This document shows, one piece after another, positions 1 to 9,033 of a stretch of 64,000 bases of DNA. Every line of letters begins with the position of its first letter. Positions within the stretch are counted from its first letter, which is position 1. The stretch comes from Candidatus Sericytochromatia bacterium. Its GTDB lineage: Bacteria; Cyanobacteriota; Sericytochromatia; UBA7694; JACMQJ01. The notes beneath the pieces were generated by a model. It was given only the letters and a program-made list of their open reading frames with translations, was not told the DNA's origin and did not search any database. Location of the stretch: the NCBI GenBank assembly GCA_046328075.1, contig JAXLXG010000009.1, forward strand, positions 59,613-123,612. Reading direction: 5' to 3'. Both the position numbers and the translations under genes were made by a program.

Positions 1-852
1 GAACAAGATAGGGTTACTAATTTACTAAATAAATCTAAAGTTTCTTTGGAAAATGTAGAATTTAAAATTTACAAAACAGACGATGTATGGGTTCGTGATA
101 ATGGCCCTATTTATGTTAAAGATAAGAATGGAAACCAATTAATAGAAGATTGGGGTTTTAATGCTTGGGGTAAAAAAGCAGAATACAATAATTGTAATAG
201 TATTCCAGCAAAAATATCAACAGATCAGAGTAAACCCATAATTGATATAAATTCAATTATGATTAATGAGGGTGGTAGTGTAGAAATTGATGGAAATGGA
301 ACATTAATGGCTTGTAAAAGTTCTATATTGAATAAAAATAGAAATCTAGGAATGACACAAGAACAAGCTGAATCTATTTTTACAAAGTACCTAGGAGTTA
401 CTAATTTTATTTGGCTTGATGGACAATCTGGTCTTGAAATTACAGATCAACATATTGATGGATTTGCAAGGTTTGGTAATTCTAAGACCATAGTAACTAT
501 GGATCAAGAAGATCTACTTGATTTTCAAGTTAAACAAAATGATATTGATAAATTATATTCAGCAAAAAATAAAGATGGTGAATTATACACATTCTTAAAA
601 TTACCATTATCAAAAAATAATGTAGTTACAGCTTATGGGAAAAATTTAGGTTATAAAGGCTCTTATTGTAATTACTACATAGCAAATACAAAAGTTTTAG
701 TCCCTATATACAAAGATCCAAATGATAGTATAGCTATTGAAAAAATTCAAGATTTATATCCAACAAGAAACGTTGTAGGTATAGATGTAAGAAATTTATA
801 TGAAAATGGTGGAATGATACATTGTGTTACACAACAACAACCCAAAATTTAG
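1..852 (+). CDS. aguA: Agmatine deiminase (Porphyromonas-type peptidyl-arginine deiminase family), 5' partial; the reading frame is open from the first base of the window
   Basis: The C-terminal end ...GGMIHCVTQQQP matches the catalytic-Cys C-terminus of agmatine deiminases. The frame is open upstream of the annotated ATG back to nt 1, so the gene starts outside the window. Confidence 0.75.
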   Translation, partial: EQDRVTNLLNKSKVSLENVEFKIYKTDDVWVRDNGPIYVKDKNGNQLIEDWGFNAWGKKAEYNNCNSIPAKISTDQSKPIIDINSIMINEGGSVEIDGNGTLMACKSSILNKNRNLGMTQEQAESIFTKYLGVTNFIWLDGQSGLEITDQHIDGFARFGNSKTIVTMDQEDLLDFQVKQNDIDKLYSAKNKDGELYTFLKLPLSKNNVVTAYGKNLGYKGSYCNYYIANTKVLVPIYKDPNDSIAIEKIQDLYPTRNVVGIDVRNLYENGGMIHCVTQQQPKI

Positions 853-976
853 CTCTTTTTAAATTTCGATTGTTTATGTTATTTAAAACATTTTTTATTA
901 CCAAAATGCAAAGTATTCATTTAATTTTATAGTTTTATTATTTTTATGGGATATCTCAGAATATGAGAAGTAATTT

Positions 977-2332
977 ATGAAAGAAAATCTTGAAAATTTA
1001 AATTTTTTAGTTGGTTTAATAAAAATTGCCTCTATTGATACAAATGTAATTAAAGAATTTGAGACAATAAAAAATTATTATCAAGAAATTCAAAAAAATA
1101 ATGATACTTTAAATAAATTTAATTCATTATTTTTAAAAGAATTTGATTTTGATAATGCAAAAAATTTTACAGATGATAAAAAAGATTTATTTTTTAATTT
1201 ATCAATAATGTTATCTTTTTTAGATGAGTTTTCAGAAAAAGAAGAGGAGTTTATAAAAGATTATGCAAATAAATTAAATTATTCAATAGAAAAAGTAAGT
1301 AAAATTATTAATGATTTAAAGTTTGAAACTTCAAAAAATCTAGATTTTGATCTTTTATTTTGGTTTAGAAAAGTTGTTAATGGTTATATTAACTATTTAA
1401 AAACAGGAATAACAACATTTGAAACATATTATAGTTTTAGACATTTGTATTTTTTAACTAATAAAAGAATTAATTATTTAATGATTTTTTTAGCCGAAAT
1501 ATTTAATGGAGATTTTCAAGAAAAAAATATTAAAATTCTTGGTAATGATATAGATGAAGTAGTTAAATCTGTTAAAGAAAATGGCTATTTCGTTTTTAAA
1601 GAAAGAATTGATGAAGAAATAATAGATAAAATTCAAGAAATAGCTAATAATAATCGTTGTTACCCTATTTTTTCTGATAGGAAATTTTCAGATTGTTTTC
1701 TTGATGAAGGAGTCATATTTAATAACTCTGAATATGTTTCTACAAGATATGAATATTCTCTCAAACTATTAATAAATACTCCTGAAGTATTTGAAATTAT
1801 ACAAGATAATAATTTTACAGCTTTATCACAACAATTTTTTAACTCTAAAAGTTTACTTACAACTTTAAACTTATGGTGGACTACGCCTATTAGAGATGAT
1901 ATGGACAGATATACAGGGCAAGTTTTTCACATTGATATTGATAGAAGCCAAGTGTTGTTAATTTTGATATATATTAATGATGTTGATGAAAATAACGGCC
2001 CTCATATTTATGTAAAAAACTCTCATAAAAATGTACCTCATCATCTTTTACAAGATAGAAGAATGAAAGAAGATGAAATGATAAATGAATACTCTAAAGA
2101 GAATTTGATACGAATAACAGGCAAAAAAGGTACAGTAATAGTAACAGATCCAATTGGATTTCACAGAGGAGAACCATTACATTCTGATAATAGGTTGGCT
2201 TTAAAATTTGAGTTTTCAACAGATGGTTTTGGAGAAATGTTACCTAAAATGGTAGTTGAAAATAATGAAACAAAAGAAATAATTAATAAATTAAAATCCC
2301 AATATGACTATACATTTTCAAAATTTGAATAG
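977..2332 (+). CDS. Hypothetical protein with a C-terminal PhyH-like Fe(II)/2-oxoglutarate dioxygenase domain
   Basis: The C-terminal part has HxD (FHIDID) ... later His (PIGFHRGEP) ... R, typical of the phytanoyl-CoA dioxygenase fold. The N-terminal ~250 aa is unrecognised. Confidence 0.5.
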   Translation: MKENLENLNFLVGLIKIASIDTNVIKEFETIKNYYQEIQKNNDTLNKFNSLFLKEFDFDNAKNFTDDKKDLFFNLSIMLSFLDEFSEKEEEFIKDYANKLNYSIEKVSKIINDLKFETSKNLDFDLLFWFRKVVNGYINYLKTGITTFETYYSFRHLYFLTNKRINYLMIFLAEIFNGDFQEKNIKILGNDIDEVVKSVKENGYFVFKERIDEEIIDKIQEIANNNRCYPIFSDRKFSDCFLDEGVIFNNSEYVSTRYEYSLKLLINTPEVFEIIQDNNFTALSQQFFNSKSLLTTLNLWWTTPIRDDMDRYTGQVFHIDIDRSQVLLILIYINDVDENNGPHIYVKNSHKNVPHHLLQDRRMKEDEMINEYSKENLIRITGKKGTVIVTDPIGFHRGEPLHSDNRLALKFEFSTDGFGEMLPKMVVENNETKEIINKLKSQYDYTFSKFE

Positions 2333-2426
2333 AATTTTTATAATTAAATTTTCTTTTAAGTTTGATATTGTTTAAAAATAAACTAAAATGTAATCTTATC
2401 TGATTTTTATTAGAAAGGTGCAAATT

Positions 2427-3257
2427 ATGAGCTTAAAAGACAGAGTTGCGATTATAACAGGTGCAAGTAGAGGTGTTGGTAGAAATGTTGCTTTAACACT
2501 AGCAAAGGAAGGTTGTAATATTGTAGTTGCAGCAAAGAGTACAGAAGAAAACCCACAATTACCAGGAACAATCTATTCAGTTGCAAAAGAAATTGAAGCT
2601 TTAGGAGTAAAGGCTTTACCTGTTAAATGTAATGTTAGAGAAATGGCTGATTTACAAAATCTTGTTGAAGAAACAAAAAAAGAATTTGGAAGAATTGATA
2701 TTTTAATTAATAATGCTGGTGCTTTATGGTGGCAACCTATGATGAATACACCAGAAAAGAAATTTGATTTAATGATGGAAGTTAATGTTAAAGCTACATT
2801 CTTTTTATGCCAAGCAGTTTTACCATCAATGATGGAAAATAAATGGGGACATATTATTAATATGTCACCTCCTGTTGACTTAAAATTACTAAAAGGTCAT
2901 ATTGGATATTTCATTAGTAAATATGGTATGACAATGGTTAGTCATGGTTTAGCTGAAGAAATGAAAGAATATAATATTGCTGTAAATTCACTTTGGCCAG
3001 AAACAATGGTTGAAAGCTATGCAACAATAAATTGGGGTCTTGGTACACCTGATATGTGGAGAAAAGCTGATATATTAGGAGATTCAACATTAGCTATAGT
3101 TAAAAAGAATCCATCTGAGCTTACAGGACAAGCTCTAATATGTGAAGATTTCTTAAAGAGTGAAGGTGTAACAGATTTAGATAAATATAATTGTGTTCCA
3201 GGTTCAAATCCTCCTTCTCTTACACAGTTATGGCACATGATGGCTAAGAAAAAATAG
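2427..3257 (+). CDS. Short-chain dehydrogenase/reductase, HSDL2-like
   Basis: TGASRGVGR Rossmann motif, NNAG, YxxxK (FISKYGM). Strong resemblance to hydroxysteroid-dehydrogenase-like 2 proteins. The likely start is ATG 2427, preceded by an aaaGGTG Shine-Dalgarno; the track ORF begins at 2418. Confidence 0.85.
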   Translation: MSLKDRVAIITGASRGVGRNVALTLAKEGCNIVVAAKSTEENPQLPGTIYSVAKEIEALGVKALPVKCNVREMADLQNLVEETKKEFGRIDILINNAGALWWQPMMNTPEKKFDLMMEVNVKATFFLCQAVLPSMMENKWGHIINMSPPVDLKLLKGHIGYFISKYGMTMVSHGLAEEMKEYNIAVNSLWPETMVESYATINWGLGTPDMWRKADILGDSTLAIVKKNPSELTGQALICEDFLKSEGVTDLDKYNCVPGSNPPSLTQLWHMMAKKK

Positions 3258-3366
3258 TTTTTTAATATATTTTTATAGTGTTCTTATAAATTTAAGAGCA
3301 CTATATTTACAAATAAAATATATGATATAGTATGTCTAATTAAAATATTAAATTAAGGAATTTTAC

Positions 3367-3426
3367 ATGAAAAACATACTAAAAATATCTCTTTTATCTA
3401 TATTTACTTTAACTTCTATTCAGTTA
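3367..3426 (+). pseudogene. 5' fragment (signal peptide MKNILKISLLSIFTLTSIQL) of a YceI-like gene, cut off by IS630 copy 1
   Basis: ATG at 3367 encodes a typical signal peptide. The ORF runs into the IS630 left inverted repeat and stops at a TAA inside the IS. Confidence 0.55.
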
Positions 3427-4554
3427 TACTAACAATTAATTGGTTTGCATTTTTTTAATATGAAATTTTAAAGTAAGTAATGACTTAAGTTTAGATTCAT
3501 ATTTATTAGTATTGTTAAAGAAGTTCATAATATTTTCTTTAAATTCTGAGAAAGTTCTATAGAAAGTAGAATTTATTAGCTCTTTTTTTATAAACTTCCA
3601 AAGCCGTTCAATAATATTAAGATTAGGAGAGTATGGAGGTAAAAATATTTGTTCTATTTTAGATGTTTTAAGCCATTCTTCTAGGATTTTATTTTTATAA
3701 TATCGAGCATTATCACAAATGACATAAATTTTAGTTTTATTAGGATTTCTTAACTCAAGTTCTTTATATAGCTCAATTGTACTTTGCATATTTATTGTAG
3801 GACTTTCTATTGCTATTATATCTGTTACATCATTAGCATTTAACAAACCATTTATGTTTAATCTTTGCCTACCACTTACTGCTTTTATTTCTTTTTCTTC
3901 ACCTTTCAATATCCAACCATAACTACTCTTTGTATTATGTTGAGGATGAACTGCATCTGCAAAATAAATTGATTCTGTTTCTGGTAAATTAGTATTTAAA
4001 AATTCAAAATTCTCTATAAATTCTAGTTGCTTAACTACATCATAATTACAAGGTTCTAGCTTTGTTTTCTTATAACTAAAACCTAATTTGTGTAACAAAG
4101 GAACTAGACCTTCTGGTGTGTAAATTACATTAAATTCTTGCTCTATATAATCACAAATTGAACGACTTGTTAAGTGTAAATTTGTTGACAATTCTAATTT
4201 CAATAAATATTTTTGTTCTATACTTAATTTACCTGTATTTATATGATAATTACTAGATAAGTATTTATCTAAACCTAATGATACATAACTATTCATATAT
4301 CTTCTAACTGTTGATATATCTATTCCCAAATATCTTGAAACAAACTCAAATGATAAACCATCATTTAACATTAAAATTGATGTTATTTTTACATAGTCTT
4401 TTTTATACTTCTCATTTCTTTGAAGTTCTCTCAGAAGTTCTATTTCTTCTAATGATAAATTTAATTTCTCTAACATACATTCACAATATATCTTTTTTAG
4501 CTATTTGACAAATATTTTTATTCTTTTATTGCAAACTAATTAATTGCAAGTATA
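3425..4554 (-). mobile_element. IS630-family insertion sequence, copy 1 (~1.13 kb), flanked by a TA duplication
   Basis: Imperfect ~25-bp terminal inverted repeats TATACTAACAATTAATTGGTTTGCA / TATACTTGCAATTAATTAGTTTGCA. The body is identical to the copies at 37537 and 38586. Confidence 0.9.
3436..4476 (-). CDS. IS630-family (Tc1/mariner superfamily) DDE transposase
   Basis: 346 aa. N-terminal HTH, a DDE region with DNARYY and PPYSPNLNIIERLW, which are classic IS630 signatures. Confidence 0.9.
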   Translation of the reverse strand: MLEKLNLSLEEIELLRELQRNEKYKKDYVKITSILMLNDGLSFEFVSRYLGIDISTVRRYMNSYVSLGLDKYLSSNYHINTGKLSIEQKYLLKLELSTNLHLTSRSICDYIEQEFNVIYTPEGLVPLLHKLGFSYKKTKLEPCNYDVVKQLEFIENFEFLNTNLPETESIYFADAVHPQHNTKSSYGWILKGEEKEIKAVSGRQRLNINGLLNANDVTDIIAIESPTINMQSTIELYKELELRNPNKTKIYVICDNARYYKNKILEEWLKTSKIEQIFLPPYSPNLNIIERLWKFIKKELINSTFYRTFSEFKENIMNFFNNTNKYESKLKSLLTLKFHIKKMQTN

Positions 4555-5085
4555 GAAGCATCAGCAAAATCTTATTATTTAAAGTTTAATGAAAAAGAAA
4601 GTAAAATTAATTTTTATGTTAATTCAACTTTGCATAATGTAACAGGTGAAGCTAGAAAATTTAAAGGCTTTATTAGTATAAAAGGTGAAGGAACTGATGT
4701 AGAAAAAGCAGATGGATTACTTGAAATAACAGCAGACAGTTTATTCACAAATCAAAGTCAAAGAGATACAAGATTAAAAAGTGAAGTTTTAAGTGTTTTA
4801 AAATTTCCATTAATTAAGTTTAAAGTAAATAATGTAAAAATTACTAGTAATAAAATAGAACAAGATGGAACAGCTTTTTTAAAACTACTTGGGCCTTTGA
4901 CTATTAGAAATACAACAAAAAATGTAGAAATACCTGTTAAAGTAAAAATGACTCCTAATTCAACTATTGTTGAAGGAAAATATATAATTAACTTTAAAGA
5001 GTATAATGTTCCTGATCCATCACTTCCTATAATTGGTAAAGTTGATGAAAATATTCCTATAAACTTTGTAATTAAAGCTTATTAA
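4555..5085 (+). pseudogene. YceI-like (lipid/polyisoprenoid-binding) periplasmic protein, 3' portion displaced by the IS630 insertion
   Basis: The frame is open from the IS right end (..ASAKSYYLKFNEKESKINFYVNSTLHNVTGE..) into the 4630 ORF. Removing 3427..4556 in silico joins it in frame to the 3367 signal-peptide ORF. The YceI-like sequence pattern is present. Confidence 0.65.
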
Positions 5086-5092
5086 AATTAAT

Positions 5093-5689
5093 TTATAACA
5101 ATTTAAAATGTCTTGGGTGTGATTCTATATTTTTAATCCATCTCAAGATATTTTTATACTTGAATAAATCAAATTCACCTTCTTCTGCAACATGAGTATA
5201 TGCAAATAAAGCTATATCAGCTATTGTATATTTCTCATCAACAAAATAATTTTTGTTTTCTAAGTGTTTATCCATAACCTCAAGATATTTGTAACCATTT
5301 ATTTTATTTTCTTCAAACTTAGATAAAAACTGCTCTTTATTTTTCCTAAACTTTATCATTCCTCTATTTATAGCAATACATGGAACAATACTAGTTTGTT
5401 CAAAAAGAATCCATTGTAAAACTTGTGATTGTATATAATTATCTTGTGGTAAAAATTCTGTATTTTTTGATAGATAAAATAATATAGCTCCTGATTCTGC
5501 CAAAAAAATTCCATTTTCAAGCTCTAGTAATGGTATTTTTCCATTAAAATTCTTTTCTAAAAACTCAGGTGTTCTTGTTTCTCCTTGTAATGAATTAACT
5601 TCAACCCATTCGAAATCTTTTCCTAATAAAGTTAACAAAAGCTTTATTTTATAACAATTTCCAGAACTACTAAATCCATAAATTTTCAT
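5093..5689 (-). CDS. Glutathione S-transferase family protein
   Basis: 198 aa, with the GST N-terminal thioredoxin-like and C-terminal helical pattern (KIPLLELENG..ESGAILFYL). Confidence 0.8.
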   Translation of the reverse strand: MKIYGFSSSGNCYKIKLLLTLLGKDFEWVEVNSLQGETRTPEFLEKNFNGKIPLLELENGIFLAESGAILFYLSKNTEFLPQDNYIQSQVLQWILFEQTSIVPCIAINRGMIKFRKNKEQFLSKFEENKINGYKYLEVMDKHLENKNYFVDEKYTIADIALFAYTHVAEEGEFDLFKYKNILRWIKNIESHPRHFKLL

Positions 5690-5790
5690 AAAAGATCCTT
5701 AAAAAATTTGATTAATATTTTCAGCTAAATTATAATACAAAATGAAAAAGTTTATAAATAAATTATTTATTCAAAAATTTAGGATAATCA

Positions 5791-6393
5791 ATGAAAAAAA
5801 GATATTTGATAATTGCGGGTATAGCTTCATTAGCATTATTATCTTCTTGTTATAAAAATGTTCAGATTATAAAAGATGAAGATATTTTAAAAAATGAAAA
5901 TAATCTAATAGATAAAGAACAAGCTGAAAAAAATAAAGAAACAATAGAAAAGTTTTATACAGCTTTTAAAAATCGTGACTCAGAAACTATGATTAAACTT
6001 TATCATGATGATGTTGAATTTCAAGATCCTGCTTTTGGAATACTAAAAGGTCAAAGAGCTAAAAATATGTGGAAAATGCTTGTAGAAAGAGGAAAAGATT
6101 TACAAATTAATTTTAATAATATAAAAGTTGATGAAAATTCTGGAACTGCAAATTGGGATGCTATTTATTCTTTTAGTTTAACAGGAAACAAAGTACATAA
6201 TAAAATAAAAGCACATTTTATATTTAAAGATGGTCTTATTTATAAACATAGAGATGATTTTAATTTATGGGAATGGTCAAAACAAGCTTTTGGTTTTACA
6301 GGTTTGGTTTTAGGTTACACACCATTTTTTAAAAATAAACTAAATTCTGAGGCTAATAAAGGTTTAGATGACTACATATCTAAACAAAAATAA
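5791..6393 (+). CDS. Lipoprotein with an NTF2-like (SnoaL/ketosteroid-isomerase-like) domain
   Basis: Lipobox LLSSC; KFYTAFKNRDSETMIKLYHDDVEFQDP is typical of the NTF2-like fold. Confidence 0.55.
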   Translation: MKKRYLIIAGIASLALLSSCYKNVQIIKDEDILKNENNLIDKEQAEKNKETIEKFYTAFKNRDSETMIKLYHDDVEFQDPAFGILKGQRAKNMWKMLVERGKDLQINFNNIKVDENSGTANWDAIYSFSLTGNKVHNKIKAHFIFKDGLIYKHRDDFNLWEWSKQAFGFTGLVLGYTPFFKNKLNSEANKGLDDYISKQK

Positions 6394-6429
6394 TTGATGT
6401 GATAACTTAATTTTTTGAACCCCAAATTA

Positions 6430-7815
6430 TTAGAGCAAATTATGTGTTTTAGCTGATATTAACCACTGAGGCAACTCCTCAAGTAAATTTTTATATAGTT
6501 CAATATCACTCATTTCATTTATCTTATAAATATGAAAAAAATCAGCATTATCTATAAATCTTCCATCAAGATTATCTAACTTTTCAAGAAAACTAAATCC
6601 AGAGCTTAAACTTATAAATTTATTAAAAAATCCTTTTTTATTAGGATCTCTTGGTTTATTGCCACCTAGACCAACAAATTTCCAAAATATAGGTTTATTA
6701 CTTGAGTTAATAATCGCTTTTTCTGTCTGAGTATGATCTCCACAATCACCATCTGTAAAAAATAAAACATAAGTAATCTCATTTGAGTTTCCATATTTTG
6801 ATGCTACAGAATTAATAACAGGAGCATATTGAGTTCCGTACCCAAGAGGATACTTTTTTTCTATTTCTTCTTTTACATAGTTTTCTCTATTCATTAAAGT
6901 ATAAGAAACCTTGCTATTAATACATTTATCATCAAATAACCAAACATCGATAATCCCATCATTATCAAATTGCATAGCTAATGGTAAAATACGATCAAAA
7001 GTATCTTGAACAACACCTTTACTAAATAGAAAGGTCATAGATGCTGAAATATCCATAACTAAAACAACATTTGCTTTTAGATTATTTAATCCAATAGTTT
7101 CAACTTCTTTTTTGGCTAAATTAAATCTTTCATGGTGTTTTTTAACAAAATCAATATTACCAACAGGATTTTTACTTAAACTTACACCTCTATTATTAAT
7201 TGTTTGATCTTCAATAATATTATGTTTAATCTCTACTTTTTGTAGATTATCTATGCTATTTATAGGCTCATTATCCTGAACTTGTACTTTTTCACTTCCA
7301 TATTCTTTTAAAATTGCACTTAAACCAGAATTAAAACCATTACCTGTTGCTTGTAATTTCCACTCATTATTATGTTTATAAATCTCGATTAAAATTACTG
7401 CTGTTTCTCTAGTTAAATCTTTTATTGTATAACTAATTAAATTTTGATTATTATCAGATACTTTTATATTAAAATCTTTTATATTATTAAATCTTTTGTC
7501 TTGCTCATCACCATTATCTATAGTACTTACAAACATTAATCTAGATATTTTATCAGGAATGTTATTAAGTGAAATTATTATCTTTTTTTTTACATTTGGA
7601 CTCTCAACAATTTCAACACTTTTACAATTACTTATAGGATTATTATAAAAGATAAAATCATCCTCTTCTTCTAATTTATTTTTTGAGGAGAGCATTAAGA
7701 CTGTGGAGTCAATATCATAATCTAATGGTGAAATATAATTAATATCTATTATAAAATTTTTAGAATAAGATATTTTATTTAAAGATACTTTTTCACCCTT
7801 AAAAAGCTCTTGCAT
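6430..7815 (-). CDS. TerF-like protein: N-terminal TerD domain plus C-terminal von Willebrand factor A domain
   Basis: TerD signature DIDSTVLML...DFIFYNN...IISLNNIP..LMFVSTIDNGDE. The C-terminus has the vWA MIDAS motif DISAS. Confidence 0.6.
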   Translation of the reverse strand: MQELFKGEKVSLNKISYSKNFIIDINYISPLDYDIDSTVLMLSSKNKLEEEDDFIFYNNPISNCKSVEIVESPNVKKKIIISLNNIPDKISRLMFVSTIDNGDEQDKRFNNIKDFNIKVSDNNQNLISYTIKDLTRETAVILIEIYKHNNEWKLQATGNGFNSGLSAILKEYGSEKVQVQDNEPINSIDNLQKVEIKHNIIEDQTINNRGVSLSKNPVGNIDFVKKHHERFNLAKKEVETIGLNNLKANVVLVMDISASMTFLFSKGVVQDTFDRILPLAMQFDNDGIIDVWLFDDKCINSKVSYTLMNRENYVKEEIEKKYPLGYGTQYAPVINSVASKYGNSNEITYVLFFTDGDCGDHTQTEKAIINSSNKPIFWKFVGLGGNKPRDPNKKGFFNKFISLSSGFSFLEKLDNLDGRFIDNADFFHIYKINEMSDIELYKNLLEELPQWLISAKTHNLL

Positions 7816-7825
7816 TTTATAAGAG

Positions 7826-8398
7826 TTATATAACTATATTTAATGGGTTTTTTCTAGTATTTTCAACATTCAGCTCATACTCCTTATTAATATAGTGAAA
7901 GAAATTCTCTATTTCATCAAAGTTTTCGTTAGTAATTTCTTCTTGTTTATCTTGGAGTTTTACATAGATTTCTGAAGCTCTATCCATATCTTTTTGAATT
8001 TGTTCTATCTTTTTTTCATGTAATAAAAGCTGTGCTTCTTGTTGTAACTTTTTTAGGTTTCTTTCTTCTTCTTCTTTTAACTTTGCTAAAACCTCCATTA
8101 AAGCTTTTACTACTTTTAAATAAGCCTCTGTTGAAGATAATATTGAGGGTAATTTAAATTCTTTTGTATTTTGTTCAGTATCAGGAGCAATTTCAATATT
8201 AAACATCTTTAATAAATTAATTAATTTTTCATATTCTGTATCACTTAAGGTGTTGGAATTTCCCTTTGATAATAATGTTGATAACTCTTGAATTGAGCTA
8301 ATATCTTTAAAACGGCTAGAATCTATATTATTATAAGATGTTTGATTTGGTGCTAAGGGATTATAAGTACCAATATTATTGCCAATTAAACTCATCAA
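7826..8398 (-). CDS. Hypothetical coiled-coil protein, probably co-transcribed with the TerF-like gene
   Basis: 190 aa, rich in E/K/L heptads. It ends 10 nt before the start of the TerF-like gene on the same strand. Confidence 0.5.
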   Translation of the reverse strand: MMSLIGNNIGTYNPLAPNQTSYNNIDSSRFKDISSIQELSTLLSKGNSNTLSDTEYEKLINLLKMFNIEIAPDTEQNTKEFKLPSILSSTEAYLKVVKALMEVLAKLKEEEERNLKKLQQEAQLLLHEKKIEQIQKDMDRASEIYVKLQDKQEEITNENFDEIENFFHYINKEYELNVENTRKNPLNIVI

Positions 8399-8654
8399 AA
8401 TTACCTATAAAAATTAAAAAATTATTTTTCTTATAATAACATTTTATATAATAAATTCTATTTGAATTAACAATAATTTTAAAGCTTTATAATTATCCAT
8501 TAATAATCTTAGTAAAAAAATATTATCAATAAAGCAATATTAGTTATATATTTAAGTAATAAGAGAAGAAGTAAAAAGAAAAAAGTTATAACCAATAAAA
8601 TTACATCATATTAGTTATCTCACTAAAAATAAAATTAGTTATAACTAAAATGAC

Positions 8655-9002
8655 TTATTCTTCTTTTTTATCAATTAATTTATGAGAAATTGAATTAAAC
8701 AATGAGAATAAAAGACTAAATATCAAAGCACTAAAGAAACCATTTACATGAAAGCCAGATATAAGAAAGTCTGTTATATATATAATTATTACATTTATAA
8801 CTAATAAAAATAATCCTAAAGTAAATATTGTTATTGGCAATGTTAGAAGAACAAGAATAGGTTTAACTAACATATTACATATGCTAAGTACGATAAATAC
8901 AACTATTGATGTTGTAAAATCTTTTATTTCAACACCTGGTATAAATTTTGCAAGAACAAAAACAATAAGTGCTGATACTAAAATATTTAAAATAAATCTC
9001 AT
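8655..9002 (-). CDS. DUF360 / phage-holin-4_2 (YvlD-like) small membrane protein
   Basis: 115 aa with 4 TM segments. KPILVLLTLPITIFTLGLFLLVINV matches the conserved core of this family. Confidence 0.65.
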   Translation of the reverse strand: MRFILNILVSALIVFVLAKFIPGVEIKDFTTSIVVFIVLSICNMLVKPILVLLTLPITIFTLGLFLLVINVIIIYITDFLISGFHVNGFFSALIFSLLFSLFNSISHKLIDKKEE

Positions 9003-9033
9003 AATAACCTAATTAAAAAATAATATTAATATT

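Noticed and set aside
3017-3238. 73-aa minus-strand ORF inside the SDR gene; also 4311-4508 and 39472-39669 inside the IS630 copies
   Set aside because: All are fully embedded antisense in well-supported genes, with AT-rich chance frames.
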